From: Lama glama
Taxonomy: Eukaryota
Length of the DNA: 64,000 bases
Direction: 5' to 3'
Assembly (NCBI GenBank): GCA_028534125.1
Contig: CM052832.1
Span: 12,216,001 to 12,280,000 of the forward strand
The position numbers and the translations under genes are program-made. Positions 25,946 through 38,968 of the stretch are shown here, in pieces. Position 1 is the stretch's first letter. Every line of letters begins with the position of its first letter. The notes below the pieces were generated by a model. The model was given only the letters and a program-made list of their open reading frames with translations. It did no database searches and was not told the DNA's origin.

Positions 25946-26740
25946 TTTTTTTTTTTTAATTGAGATATGATTCACATACCATAAAATTCACCATTTTAAA
26001 TTGTACAATTGAGCGGTTTTTAGTATATTCACAGAATTGTGCCATCATCACAATCTTATGTTCCAAAACAGTTTCATCACCCCCAAAAGAAACCTACCCA
26101 TTAGCTGTCTCCCTGGTTCTCTCCAGCTGCCACATCCCCAGCACCCAATAATCTACTTTCTGTTGCTGTGGATTCACATATCTTGGACACTTCATATAAA
26201 TGGAATCAAATAGTATGTGATCTTTTGTTCCAGATTTCTTTCACTTAGTATAATGTTTTCAAGGTTCGTTTGTGTTATAGCATGTATCAGTATTTTATTC
26301 CTTTTTATGATCAAGTAATATTCTATCATATGGGAATATATATAGCACATTTTGTTTATCCCATTTATTAGTTTATGAATATTGGAATTGTTTCTACTTT
26401 TTGGCTATTATGAATATTGCTGCCATGGACATTTCTGTATAAGTTTTTATATAAACATATGTTTTAGTTCTCTTGGGTGTATACCTAGGAATAGAATTGT
26501 TGGGTCTCATAGTAGCTCTGTGTTTAAGTTTTGAGGAACTGCCAAACTTTTCCACAACAGCTGCCCCATTTTGCATTCTCACCAGCAATATATCAGGATT
26601 TCAGTTTCTCTTCATTCTTGTCAGTACTTGTCATTGTCTATCTTTTTGTTGATACCCATCCTAGTGGGAGTGAAGTGGCATCTCATTGTGGTTTTGATTT
26701 GCGTTTTCCTGATGGCTGATGATGTTAAACATCTTTTCAA
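25946..26740 (-). mobile_element. L1MB-like LINE-1 3' portion
   Basis: Poly(T) then aattgagatatgattcacataccataaaattcaccattttaaa...; further on ttgaggaactgccaaacttttcca...catctcattgtggttttgatttgcgttttcctgatg (ORF2 end). Confidence 0.88.
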
Positions 26741-26800
26741 GATTTCATAATAGCATTATTGATGGCTTGTTTGATGCCATGTCTGACATCCTCACCATTA

Positions 26801-27018
26801 TTTTTTTTATTGAAGTATAGTTGATTTACAATTTTGTTAGTGTCTGGTGTACAGCATAATGATTCAGTTATAAATATATATGTTCTTTTTAATTATAGGT
26901 TATTACAAGATATTGGATATAGTTCCCTGTGCTATACATTAGGACCTTGTTGTTTATCTATTTTATATATAGTAGTTTGTATCTGCTAGTCCTAAACTCC
27001 CAATTTATCCCTCTCCCC
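26801..27018 (-). mobile_element. Cetartiodactyl-type L1 3' UTR fragment
   Basis: Poly(T) then attgaagtatagttgatttacaat...gttccctgtgctatac...aaactcccaatttatccc. A short direct repeat ccattatt lies on both sides. Same family as the 58635-58922 element, in opposite orientation. Confidence 0.85.
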
Positions 27019-27049
27019 ATTATTATTATAGTGATTATACAGCATATTT

Positions 27050-27472
27050 ATATTGGTTAGGGTAACACTTGCTGCTGTAACAAATAGTGGCTTCAACATG
27101 TCAGTGGCTTAACACCACAGTATATTTCTCAGTCATGGAACAGTCGATATAGGTGCTCCTTGTTGTCAGGTAGCTCTTCTGCATGGATGACTGAGGAACC
27201 CAGGCATCTTCCTTCTTGTGGTTCTGCCATCATCTAGGGCCTCATCAGCATCATCTGCATCTAGCTGGCAGATGGGGAGAGAGCAGAGAGAAGGTCTACC
27301 TGGTTCTGAACAGGCTTGGTCTGGGTGTAGTGAGCATCACTTCCACTTGCATTCCATTGGGGAGAACCAGTTCGTTGCCTTACTTGATGCTTGTAGGACT
27401 GGGACATGTAGTCAGTTCCTGGCTGGGCAGCTACTTCTCAGTGGAGCACAAATCTTGTGGCCATCTCTACCA
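27050..27472. mobile_element. MLT1-type MaLR solo LTR
   Basis: ggttagggtaacacttgctgctgtaacaaata...cagtggcttaacac...gaacccaggc...cttgtggttctgccatc...cattccattgg. Confidence 0.75.
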
Positions 27473-28773
27473 TAGAATAAGAAAACTAACAATTATTTAG
27501 TAACTAGTATTCCTTTACTTTCATGTATTTTATCTCATTTTGTCTTGAATACAAAACACCTTGTGGAGTTTTGTCCTCACTTTATGAAAGAGGAAATGAA
27601 GGGCTCTTTCTGCTGTACCACAGTGTCTCCTAGTACCCAAAGCATTGCTCAACTAAACCAAGCCGGAGGGTGAAAACTGGGAAATGAAGTGATTCACTTA
27701 TTTCCAACCTTTTTCAGAACCCTTTTTATACAGTAGGAAGGGGCTCATGAACAACACCCATTTATCATTCCAGAGTCATTGCTTATTGGGTATATGGCTC
27801 ATAGACCAGACTGTCTGTTTCCTCATCTTTTATACATGTCACTAGTTACCATCACCCATCTCTTCTGTCATTTTATGTATTATAAATTGGATTCCTCATC
27901 TCTTTTATGTCCCCCTGCTGAAGATGTTATGCAGTTGGGTTTTCAACAAGAACTGGTTGACCACTGACCGGGTACATATCATAATGATTTTATAGTTATT
28001 TAAATGGGTTCTTTCTTGATTCAAAAACTCATTCACTCATTAGAGCATCTCCTAGTAGCTTTGCATTAAGTCATCAACATCTTTTTTTCCCTCTTTCTCA
28101 TTTTTTGTTTCCATTAGTTGGTGGGTTTCAATAATTTAAATATTTTTAACCTTGCATGTTAGCACTTAAATACTATAGCAGTTTAAGTGTTTTAGAAATT
28201 AATAAATAAATATTAGAAAAATAAGAGTAGTAGCAAAAAGGCAAATGCCTGTTAACTCTCTAGGAATCAATGGAACCAAAGATTATGGTTTTATGCTTAT
28301 AGGCATAACCTGAATCTGTTGTGCTTCCCATTTTTGAGGTTAGGTCTTAAGAGATATAATAGAAGATAGGTAGATGATAAAAAAAGAAAGCCTTTCCTTT
28401 CTAACTGATGTACTCCAGAGCAGTCCTCAAGAGAGGATCCTATTAGCTTCGAGAATTGTAGTCTGTTTTTTATTGAAATAAAGTATGTGAGTCATGTTAT
28501 AAGTGAAATTTTATAGTATTTTTAAAGCGCACAGCCCTGCCTCTTGATAGCATTCTACCTACTCAGGAAATTACAGGACAGATTTTTGCTGTCCTCTGAC
28601 AAAGACCTAGGGAATGAGATTCTCTGATGTCTCCCTGGGAGTTCTGGGATGGGATAGTTTCCTTTATTGGTATACTAAGTGCTTTCTGCTACAGTTGGAG
28701 CTTATCTTGTTTTACTTTCAGGATAAAGGCTCATTTTCTATTAGATAACCCTGTTTTTATATTGACTGATTTT

Positions 28774-29248
28774 GGGTTTTTCCACTTTATTGAGGTATAA
28801 GTGATATGTAACATTATATAAGGTTAGGTTGTACAACACAATGATTTGATATATGTATATATTACAAAATGATCACCACAACATGTTTACCATATGTCAT
28901 CTTACCTAGTTATAATTTTATTTCATATGATGAGAACTTTTAAGATCTGCTCTCTTATAACTTTGAAATATGCAATACAATATTACTAACTATAGTCATC
29001 ATGCTGTACCTTACATCCCCAGAGCCTACTTATCTTATAACTGAAAGTTTGTATCTTTTGACCACCTTCACCCATTTCCTCCACACCCCAGCTCTTGGCA
29101 ACCATCAATCTGTTCTGTTTCTATGAGTTCTTTTTATTTTATTTTTTTAAGATTTCACATATAAGTGAGATCATACAATAAGTTGTCCTTCTCTGAGTTA
29201 TTTCACTTAGCATAGTGCCCACAGGGATTATTCATGTTATCACAAATG
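28774..29248 (-). mobile_element. L1MA9-like 5'-truncated LINE-1 with TSD
   Basis: tttattgaggtataa...gagaacttttaagatct...ctatagtcatcatgctgtac...ataagtgagatcatac. TSD tattgactgatttt (28760-28773) / tattaactgatttt (29249-29262). Confidence 0.85.
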
Positions 29249-30264
29249 TATTAACTGATTTTATAAAATTACTTCTTACCCCTCTTTTTTCGCATAATCT
29301 ATTCCTGTACCCTTTAGCCTTATTTCACAAGACTTTACATTGCAATCATTGATTGCTTTTCTCTACTGTCTTCTGAATTGGTGAACCCTAAGTACGTGCC
29401 AGTATAGTAAGATATTAACATCAGCTTTTTTACTATAAATGTAAAACATGCACATGGAAAGTTAGTTTAAACAATTAAAAAAGATATAAACGAAAAGTAA
29501 AATTTTACCTTCCTATCTTGTTTCATTCCTCAGAAATAACTACTTTTGACTGTTTTTTTAAGTTTTTGTAACTTCTTGATTATAAATAATATTTCTATAT
29601 CTCTGTTTATTAGTTTATCAACTATACTGACTCCTTGCTATAAAAAAAAATGAAGAGTTTAGCTCACTTTAACCACTCCTCATTTTTTCGTGAATTGTGT
29701 TTTTCTTTTTAGTTCTGCTATTAATTACCTTTTAAAATTAAACAATATACTTATACCTCTATTTTTTGATCCATCAATTGTGAACAGTATTTCTTGACTC
29801 CTTACTATGTTAAGGAAGAGATTACCACCTTTACATTTCCCTCTGTCTCTCATCTATTAGCTGTCCCACCATATTGACATTGTGAAGATTTATGATATTT
29901 TCTTTTTTTTTAACTTATAGTTAAATCTTCCATGTATTGGCTATAAATTGATCCTGAAAAGGGAAAAACATTAAGAACTTATTATAATATTATGATTATA
30001 TAAACATTGTTCACCACAGATCTGATAATTCATTGAGTCTGTAGTGAGGGTGGTGCTGCTCTATGTCACTAAACTTGTGTCCCTCTTGGAAGAATTGTAC
30101 TGTGTTCAGATCACAGATTGGATTTTCTTACAAGTGCTCAGAATTATTCCACAAATGATAAATAGCTTCATATTAGGCAACTTTTAATTTTCTTGGGAGT
30201 TCCTTATTGCCTCTTTTTCCTGTCACAGAAGCTTCTGAAGCATACTTTTTGTCCATTGGTTAAT

Positions 30265-31076
30265 TATTTTTAACTGAAGTATAGTTGATGTACAATATTA
30301 TGTAAGTTACAGGTGTACAATGTAGTGATTCACAATTTTAAAGGTTATACTCCATTTATGGTTATTGTAAAATATTGGCTATATACCCTGTGCTGTACAC
30401 TATATCCTTGTAGCTTATTTTATACATATTAGTTAGTACCTTTTAGTTCCCTACCCCTATCTTGTCCCTCCCTCTTCCCTCTCCCCACTGGTAACCACGA
30501 GTTTATTCTCTGTCTGTGAGTCTGTTTCTTTTTGTTATAATCACTAGTTTGTTGTATTTTAAGATTTCACATATAAGTGATAGCATACAGTATTTGTCTT
30601 TCTCTGTCTGACTTATTTCACCTAACGTAATGCCCTCCAAGTCCACGCATGTTGCTGAGGATGACAATATTTCATCCTTTTTGTGGCTGAGTAGTATTTC
30701 ATTGTGTATATATACATCATATCTTCTTATCCATTCATCTGTTTTTTTTTATTGAGTTATAGTCAGTTTCCAGTGTAGAGCACAATTTTTCAGTTATACA
30801 TGAACATACATATATTCATTGTCGCATTCTTTTCTGTATCCATTCATCTGTTGATGAACACTTAGGATGCTTTCATATCTTGGTAATTGTAAGTAATGCT
30901 GCTTTGAACATTGGGATACACATGTCTTTTCAAATTATTTTTTTGGGGAAGTTTTTTTGATATATATATATATACCCAAGTGTGGAATTGCTGGGTCTTA
31001 CGGTAGTTCTGTTTTTAGTTTTTTGAGAAACCTCCATACTGTTTTCTATAGTGGCTGCACCAGTTTACATTCCCAT
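30265..31076 (-). mobile_element. Laurasiatherian/cetartiodactyl-type LINE-1 3' portion carrying a nested insertion
   Basis: actgaagtatagttgatgtacaatattatgtaagttacaggtgtacaa...ccccactggtaaccac...gagaaacctccatactgttttc...gtggctgcaccagtttacattccc. The repeat cattggtt occurs on both sides. Confidence 0.88.
30744..30836 (-). mobile_element. Very short L1 3' end inserted into an older L1, with a 16-bp perfect TSD
   Basis: TSD tatccattcatctgtt at 30728-30743 and 30837-30852. The insert begins with poly(T) then attgagttatagtca. Confidence 0.85.
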
Positions 31077-31739
31077 CATTGGTTGAACAGACTGCTTCCT
31101 AGGCCTACTCTACAGCTGTGATGCTAATTTTTTTTTTCTGTCTAGGTTGATTCCACTGTTTCTTGGGTTTCTTTTTCTTTTTGTAGAATGTGGGTAAAAG
31201 GGTAATGCTTTTTCCTTTGAAGAAAGATACTGATCTTGATCCCAGTTACCTTTCTAGATCTGTCTCCTTGAAGACCTGATAGAGGTAGAATGTCAGCTGT
31301 GGCTGACATAGGCAACATTGCTTATGATAAAAATTACCCCGATTGGTAAATTGCATCTGGCCTGGGAATCTGGTTGGAAGTAATAGCTTTGGGTTTTCTC
31401 AGTGTGATGAAAGTTCTGGGTCAATGTTTACGGAGCTATTATGAAAGATAGTACTTTTGATTTAGAATTCTAGGCAAGAGTGGCTCCACACTTACCAGTG
31501 TGGGTCTTGTACACTCACCTGAGCTGTCACCAGTTGGAACAGCTCCTGCACAGTCTTGTGGACTGCTGCCAGGACTCCCCCTGAGGAGGAATGCCTGCTG
31601 CTACCCTTCTTCTTCTGAGTTTCCTCCTATCTCTCTTGGGTGAATTTGAAGCCAAATGTGGCTTGATTGGGTCTTAGTTAAGAAGATCCCTCATGGGCAT
31701 TGGACAGAGTAAATCTATAGTACATTTTTTTCAAAAAGA

Positions 31740-32300
31740 GTATATAGAAACCAAATTTTCAGAATACTTACATGCCTGAATTACAGTTTGGGTATAGAGT
31801 TCAGTTTCTTCAGAGTTTTGAAAGCTTGGATTTATTGCCAGCTAGCATCTAATGTTACTGATTAGAAATCTGATATAATCTGATTCTTATTCTTTGCAGT
31901 AATTTATTTTTCCCTATAGAAGCCTTTAGGATCTTTTCATCCTTGAGGGTCTTAAATTTCACAATGATAAGGCTGAAAGTGGGTCATTTTTTTTCCTTCC
32001 TGCACAGTTTGCTTCTATATGGAAATCTGCCCAATTCCCTTCAGTTTTATGAATAATATTTCATCCACCTCCATTTTCTAGAAATTCAACAAAATCTTGA
32101 TTTGCTAATAGCCTTCCCTCCAGTTTGCAACACTTTTATGAATGTATTCCGTTTGTATTTCTTTGATGTCACCTTATTGGCTTCCAGGAAGGGAAGAAGG
32201 AAAATGTGCCTGTAATGTTGGCCATCTTGAACCTGAATTCTCAAAAGCTCTTCTGCATGGACTGCTGATACTCCCCAGGGACCCACGTCCTTTTCCTTTC
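31740..32300 (-). mobile_element. Ancient L1/HAL1-like ORF1-region remnant
   Basis: gggtatagagtt...cagagttttgaaag...tagcatctaatgttactgattagaaatctgat...gattcttattctttg resembles reverse-complemented L1 ORF1-type sequence. Confidence 0.55.
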
Positions 32301-32759
32301 ATTCCTGTGCCTGGCTGCACTTCTCCTGTGTTATGTAGCTGTCTTGTCTCCTGCCAGCATGTACTCCTTATACATTGACCTCGTTCATGTTCGTTTTTTT
32401 AACCATTTCTTTACTTTGTCATGGTCCCACTGACTGATAACTCTGCCTGCCAAAGTCTTAGTGATTGCAGCCATCATCTGTCAAAGACTGTGCCCTTGGC
32501 AAACATTTTGGCAAATAGAAAAGGTACAAAAATTGGGTCATATTGAAAATTCTTTTTCCACTGGAGAATTCTGTGGTCACAATCTGGAACTACCTAGTAT
32601 TTCTAGATTTTAGCCTAATTTTCTCACAAACTGCTTGCCAGATATACTATCCAGATTCCCCTTTGAGTAAGTTTTCTTCTCCAGCCTAAGTGTTCATTAA
32701 AAATGATGTTGTAAAGAATTTTTAATAACTTAAAAAATACTTTTATAGTAAGGTTTTTA

Positions 32760-32960
32760 AGCAGGATATAAAATTATGGAAGTACTATCCTAAGTAGGGA
32801 AAAAAATTATGGAAGAAGGAAGCCAAAAGGAAATATGCCAAATGTTAATAATGGTTGACTTTGTATATTGGGATTAGGGATATTATTTCTACTTTCCTTC
32901 ATTTTTGACCAATTTACATGTACTTCTTTTAAAATCAAAACGAAAACCTCATTTAAAAAG
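32760..32960 (+). mobile_element. Old L1ME-like 3' end
   Basis: aaggaaatatgccaaatgttaataatggtt...gggattagggatattatttc...acatgtacttctttt. Confidence 0.55.
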
Positions 32961-35084
32961 ATTTTTTCTTCTAGATGCAGCCATAAATGTTTTGTAGACA
33001 TCTGTCCTTGCCATTATTTGAGTAGCATATGCTAGCAGAGTGGCATGATCTATTTACTGTCAGCAATAAATTAAAGAAATTAAATAAGTGCTGTACATAG
33101 CAATATCCTAGTAGCTTTTCAGAACCTTGAAGCACTTACCCTAAGCACAAGTGCTTCCCTGAAAAGGACACCTGAGCCACATTTTCCTTGTGCTTCTCCC
33201 CTTGGGCCTCTTAGATCTCAGTTCTCCAAGAGCACTTCTTCCTTTCGCCTTTCCCCGGGACTTCAGAGGTCCATTCCCTTCTGGGTTTCCCCACTCAGCG
33301 AGGCCTGACCTACTTGAGACCTTGGAGCACCATCTTGGATCAGGCATTTCTGCAGCCTTCTAACTGAACATTTCTCCCCTGGGCCTTCCCTGAGAAGCGC
33401 TTTGACAGTCTCATGTCACCTGGAAAGGCCTCTGTGGGGTCAGCTTCAGCATGACGATATTCCTGTCTGAGGAGCAGCGTCCTCCTTGCTAAATATACTG
33501 TTGTCTAGTCCTGGGGAAGGGCAGCATTCTGTTCTGGGGTCTGTTTCTAGAGCTGGAGCTGTTTATTCACTAGGAACCTTAGAACAAGGAGTCATGATTC
33601 TTTCTCTAAGTGCTGCAGTGGTTGAGGACAACAGGGTAAATTAAAGGTGGACAGTTACAGCCTGAGTAAACTCAGCCGAAGTGTAGCAAGATTGAAAAAC
33701 GGGATGTTTAAGCCTAGACTGTTTACCTTGCCTGCATCTTCTTTGCCATTGTCAGTGATAAAATTGTGAAAGCTGACACTTAACAAATGAAAATCCTGGC
33801 TTGGTTCCAGGAGGTCACTGCTAACTGTGTGACCTGGGGGTTGTGTGTCGAGCACATGGGGTCGCTAATGTGATGCAATAGAAAAAATGTGGGTTTTAAA
33901 AGAGAAGATGTCTTCACTACTGACACTGCTGATGAGAAGAAGTTCATATTTAGTGTCAAGTTTTAGTTTGTGGGATGGAATGGTAGCTCTTGGCTGTCAG
34001 ATTGGGCCTATATTGAAATATCACCTTCTCGTGAGTCTCCTGTGGTAACAGACGGGCCGCTCTCCTCACATCCCCTTCTCTGTGCGCTTGGAGGAGTGTG
34101 CTTGCTGCTTGAAGTGTGAGCCAGTTAATGGGCTCTGCTTGTGTAATTGTCACTTTTAAAATGTTCAAAGGAGATTTTATTTTTCTCTTTTCATACTTAA
34201 TTCCAGTTTCTACACAGCATTTGACAGTAATGAAAAAGGCTAGTCATGTTCTTTCCTGTATTTGTTTTAAAGGGCAAACATTGGTATTAATTTTTTTCAA
34301 GACTTTTAGAACTTGAATGATAGAGAAACATGTACCTGTAAGAGGAATGGAAGAAAAAAAAAGCGGGGTGTGGTGGGGTGAATAACAGAAGTCAGATAAA
34401 ACACATACAGAGGACAAGTCTGTACTGGCAGGCCCCTGGGTTATGATGCCATATGAGAGCCTGCCCTGTAGAAGGTGTCTGTCTGAGACACCAGACTTGG
34501 AGACAGTTGTTAATCAAACTGTTGATTATGGGGTTATGAAGTACCAGGAGTAGAATATTTTGGAGTAAAAAATATCAAAAGGGAATCAGTCACTCTTCCC
34601 TGCACATCTGGAGAAGGGATTTATCTTTTATATTGCAGAAAGTTTTTACGGAAAAATTTACCCCTATGTTGGAAGCCACGTGGAAAGTAGATTTTGATGC
34701 TACTGTGTGACCTGAGTTGTAAATTCAGAGCTATCTGCCGGTTCTGTGGACCGCTGGCAAAGAGGCTCATCCCCACCCAGAACATCTGACAGGTGAAGGT
34801 GCTGGAAGGAAATGAAATCCCCCAGATAGCAAAGGATCAGGAGGGAGAAGCTGAGAGCAATTTTCCTTCTTCCTTGCTTAACCCAGGGGCCACATTGTTC
34901 TGTGAGGATAATAATTTTTCCACACCTATTATAAAAAAATAAATAAATAAAGCAAACCTCAGTAAGAGTTTCTCAGTGAACTGTGTGAGCACACTTAAAA
35001 TGTACATGTCAGAAAGATTTTCCTTTTATTATGGAATTAGCTTTTATATTAATATTATATTCCAAATGACAAAAATCAATCAAG

Positions 35085-35752
35085 ACCACCTAGTCCAACC
35101 ATCAACATCTCTCTCCTCTGCTCTGCTAACTGCCTCCCCTATTCTCTCTGTACCCTCCCTCAAGTTTACTTCACTTACTGTAGCCAGAGTGGCATTTTTC
35201 AAGCACAACTCTGGTATTATACCTGCTTAGAACCCTTACCTGCTCTCGGGGTAAAGACCACAGTCTTCCCATGGCCTGGAGCGCCTGCACTATCTGGCCT
35301 CTCCTGCCTCCCCAGACTCACTCTGCATCACTCTACCTGTGCTCACATCATCCGGGCTTCCTGCCCTGTCCCACCACACCTCATGCTCTGTCTTCCCACA
35401 GAGCCTTTGCACATGCCATGGCCTCTGTTTGGAGCCCACACCCCTGCCCTTTGTCTGGTTAACCCTTATTATCCTTTTGTTCTCAGCTCAAGGCCACATT
35501 CTCAGGAAAGTCTGCCCTGACCACCCATCTCAACCATTGCTTTGTTGTTTCCTGTCATAGAGCTGAGCTTCTTTCCTTCACAGCTGATACTGCAGTTTGC
35601 ACTGACACTTTCCCTAGTGTGGTTATTCAGTTACGGTAGTTCTTCCCTACTAGAACGTAAGCTCCATCGGAGCAGGGATCTGGCCTGCTCTACTCGCTCT
35701 TACCCATGGTAGCCTAGCAAGGACCTAGCACTTGTTCTGTTGTCTGAATGAA
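35085..35752 (+). mobile_element. L2 LINE 3' portion
   Basis: actgtagccagagtg...gagcctttgcacatgc...ctagaacgtaagctccatcggagcaggga...cctagcac...tgaatgaat terminus. Confidence 0.85.
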
Positions 35753-37079
35753 TAGCCAGTCATGCATACTTGTTGGCTTCTTTGTCCTGCTACCATCTGG
35801 AGCTGTTGTCAGCACGAGGCTCAGTTAGGACATCTGTCCATCCCAGCTCAGGTGCTGTCACATAGAACAAGGAGGAGTTTGTGGGAGGAAATTAAAGTTG
35901 CTCGTTGACCTGATAATGTAGTCCTTTTAGACTAGGAATGTGTCTTCCCAACTTCTCTTTATTAATCTACTATTGGTTTCTCATCCTTGATTAATTTATA
36001 GCCTTCTTCCACAGCTTCGGTCATTGCCAGAGGTTCAGTTTTCTCTGGCCTCCACATCTATCCTTGCCCCTCACTTAATGACTTGGATCCCCCTGTAACA
36101 GTTTATCACTTGAGATTGGTTACTGGCTGGATTAGTTACTTTATTTTTAAACACTTTTAAACACTCTTAAAGTTTTTCTTTATGGAAGGGCTGAGTGCTT
36201 TAAAAACTGTTTGCCAGCTGCACCCCACTCACTTTGGAAATTGATTTGATTTAAAATCTCAAATTTGTCAGGTTAATATATTTCAGTTGTTTTTCTGGAT
36301 TTTCAGAGTAAAAAGTTAAATAAAAAGGAGGGAACTGCCTTAATCTCTGGAGAAGAACTCTCAACCGCTTGTCAAGGCATTTCCCTGTGCCTTTCCCAGC
36401 AAGGTAGTCTGTCCAACAGAACAGACCTTGCTTTGGAATCCTGGGGCTCTGGATCCTTCCCATGGTTTTAGGATGGCTTGCAAGGGGTCCAGAGAGGTAC
36501 TTGGGAGGCACCCCTTACCATGGCCAAGTCTTGATTAACCCCTTCCCTGAGACAGACGTTGCCAATAAAGCCATGCAAACTGCCCCTCATGGGCCTCTAG
36601 TCAGAGTCACATAACCCTAAGGAGGCAAGCAATCTGAGAGCCTAGAGACACCAGAGAAGCAGCTGTCATAGAAATCCATTTATAAAAATGAATGGTCAGC
36701 ATGTGGTCTGCAAAAAAAAAAGGAAAGCAGAGCCTACTTGTTGGTCAGGGAGCAAAGGCAGCAGGAAACAAAGTCAGTGTAGTTCTGATGATGTCTTCTT
36801 CGAGTGGCCTGTCTCTGTCCTGGTGGAGATAAGAAGTGCTGTCTCGGTAGTCACGCCCAATTAGCCCTGATTCAGCTCGATCCCAGAGTGCTAAGAGGCT
36901 GGTGTTTTCTTCCTATGTTTAAAAAAAAGGGGGGGGGCCGGGAGGAGAGACTGTTCCTATGAATTCAGATGTTCAGCATGCACATAGAATTCATTTTTAG
37001 AGCTAAAAGAGCACTCTTCCTTGACGGTCTGATTCATTCTTTTGGCTTCAGGGGTCTTTTTCATTCCTATTTTTCTATT

Positions 37080-37520
37080 AAATGGTAGCCCCTTCTAGGA
37101 TGGCTGCTCAGACTCAGTTTGTCGAAAACTAGGCTCGTTGTCTTTCCCCATAGAGCAGTTGCTCTCTTTTGATGTCCCTGCTCCTGTTGATGGTAATAAA
37201 ACTTCTCCCAAGCATCTCTTACCCGTTTGGCTCCTTCCTCTCCCTTGCCCTCCATAACTAGTCAGGTACTGTGTCTTTTCTTTTGCACCATTTCTTCCTT
37301 ATTTCTATTTCCATTGCTTTCATCTTAACTCAGACTTTCATACTTCTCTCCCAGAGTATTATAGTAGCCTCCAGTGCATTTCCCTCCATCTCTACTTTGT
37401 TTACATCATTGCTCTTCTGGTGTCCGGAACACTGTTGCCAGGTTGGTCTGGCTGTGATGTCTTACGCCCCTGTACAGGCACCTCCAGGGGCCTACTGAGA
37501 AAAGCCTCAGATCCTCGCCT
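37080..37520 (+). mobile_element. L2 fragments (degraded)
   Basis: ggatggctgctcagactcagtttgtcgaaaact...catcttaactcagactttcatacttctctcc. Confidence 0.5.
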
Positions 37521-38329
37521 GTGTCATCTTTTTTCTCTACATGACCAGCTTTCCCCAAATATCTTGTTTTCAAATATTCTGTCCCACTGTTAGGCCTCAT
37601 GTCCAGATTTCAAATATACAATTACCATATCTCTTTGACTCTCTCCAAACTTTCTAATCTTTGTCTCATTAATTCTCTCCTTATAGATTTCCTACTTTTC
37701 TTTCAGTCTGGTCCAGTTACTGTTGCCAAATGAGTCTGTGCTTTAGATCAGCTAATTATCTTTATTTCCGCTGGCTGATCTTCAGGTCTCTACCTGTCCT
37801 CTGTTCCCTTCAAGACCCAACCAGAAATGTTCTTTGAGGTCTTCCTTGATCTTTCTCCTCCCAAATACAAGTAACTGCTCCTTTAGCTGAATGCCTACTA
37901 TAATTTGTTTACATATAAGTTGGTAACATTCACTTTTTCTTGGGTCTGTTTCAGAGAAAGGAGAAAATCAAAGGGCTTGGCTGGGAGAAAGTTTGCTTTT
38001 TAAAAATCTAGCCATTTTTCAAGGTGCAGTGGCATTTACCTCCCTTGGAAGTACAGGGCCAGATGTCTCCAGAAGAGCCTGTAGTTGGTAGGTCTGTCAT
38101 CAAGTGCATAGCCCCACAACTTTGATTCAGTTATATTTGTTGAGTGACTGTAGTGTGCAGAGGCTGAGAAGGAAAATACTGAGGAGACAGGAAGACATTT
38201 CTTCTCTGAAGGAACTTATAGACTGTACACAACTTCTGAACATTTGGGAAACATCACAAAACACGCACACACACAGAGTGTAACATACAAAACAGGATCC
38301 TATAGTCATAAAATATTGTAACTCAACAT

Positions 38330-38460
38330 ACCTTGGAAATCACAATCCAAGCCTCTCATTTTACACATGAGAATCTGAGACTGAAGGCACAAGTGCCTTT
38401 CTCAAGTACTGATGTAATGGAAGGGTTCAGATTAGAACCCACTTCTCCTGATTGAGTCCC
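38330..38460 (-). mobile_element. MIR fragment
   Basis: tccaagcctctcattttacacatgagaatctgagac...gattagaacccacttctcctga. Confidence 0.7.
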
Positions 38461-38468
38461 CTTTGCCT

Positions 38469-38968
38469 NNNNNNNNNNNNNNNNNNNNNNNNNNNNNNNN
38501 NNNNNNNNNNNNNNNNNNNNNNNNNNNNNNNNNNNNNNNNNNNNNNNNNNNNNNNNNNNNNNNNNNNNNNNNNNNNNNNNNNNNNNNNNNNNNNNNNNNN
38601 NNNNNNNNNNNNNNNNNNNNNNNNNNNNNNNNNNNNNNNNNNNNNNNNNNNNNNNNNNNNNNNNNNNNNNNNNNNNNNNNNNNNNNNNNNNNNNNNNNNN
38701 NNNNNNNNNNNNNNNNNNNNNNNNNNNNNNNNNNNNNNNNNNNNNNNNNNNNNNNNNNNNNNNNNNNNNNNNNNNNNNNNNNNNNNNNNNNNNNNNNNNN
38801 NNNNNNNNNNNNNNNNNNNNNNNNNNNNNNNNNNNNNNNNNNNNNNNNNNNNNNNNNNNNNNNNNNNNNNNNNNNNNNNNNNNNNNNNNNNNNNNNNNNN
38901 NNNNNNNNNNNNNNNNNNNNNNNNNNNNNNNNNNNNNNNNNNNNNNNNNNNNNNNNNNNNNNNNNNNN
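38469..38968. other. Assembly gap (500 N)
   Basis: Run of N. Confidence 1.
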
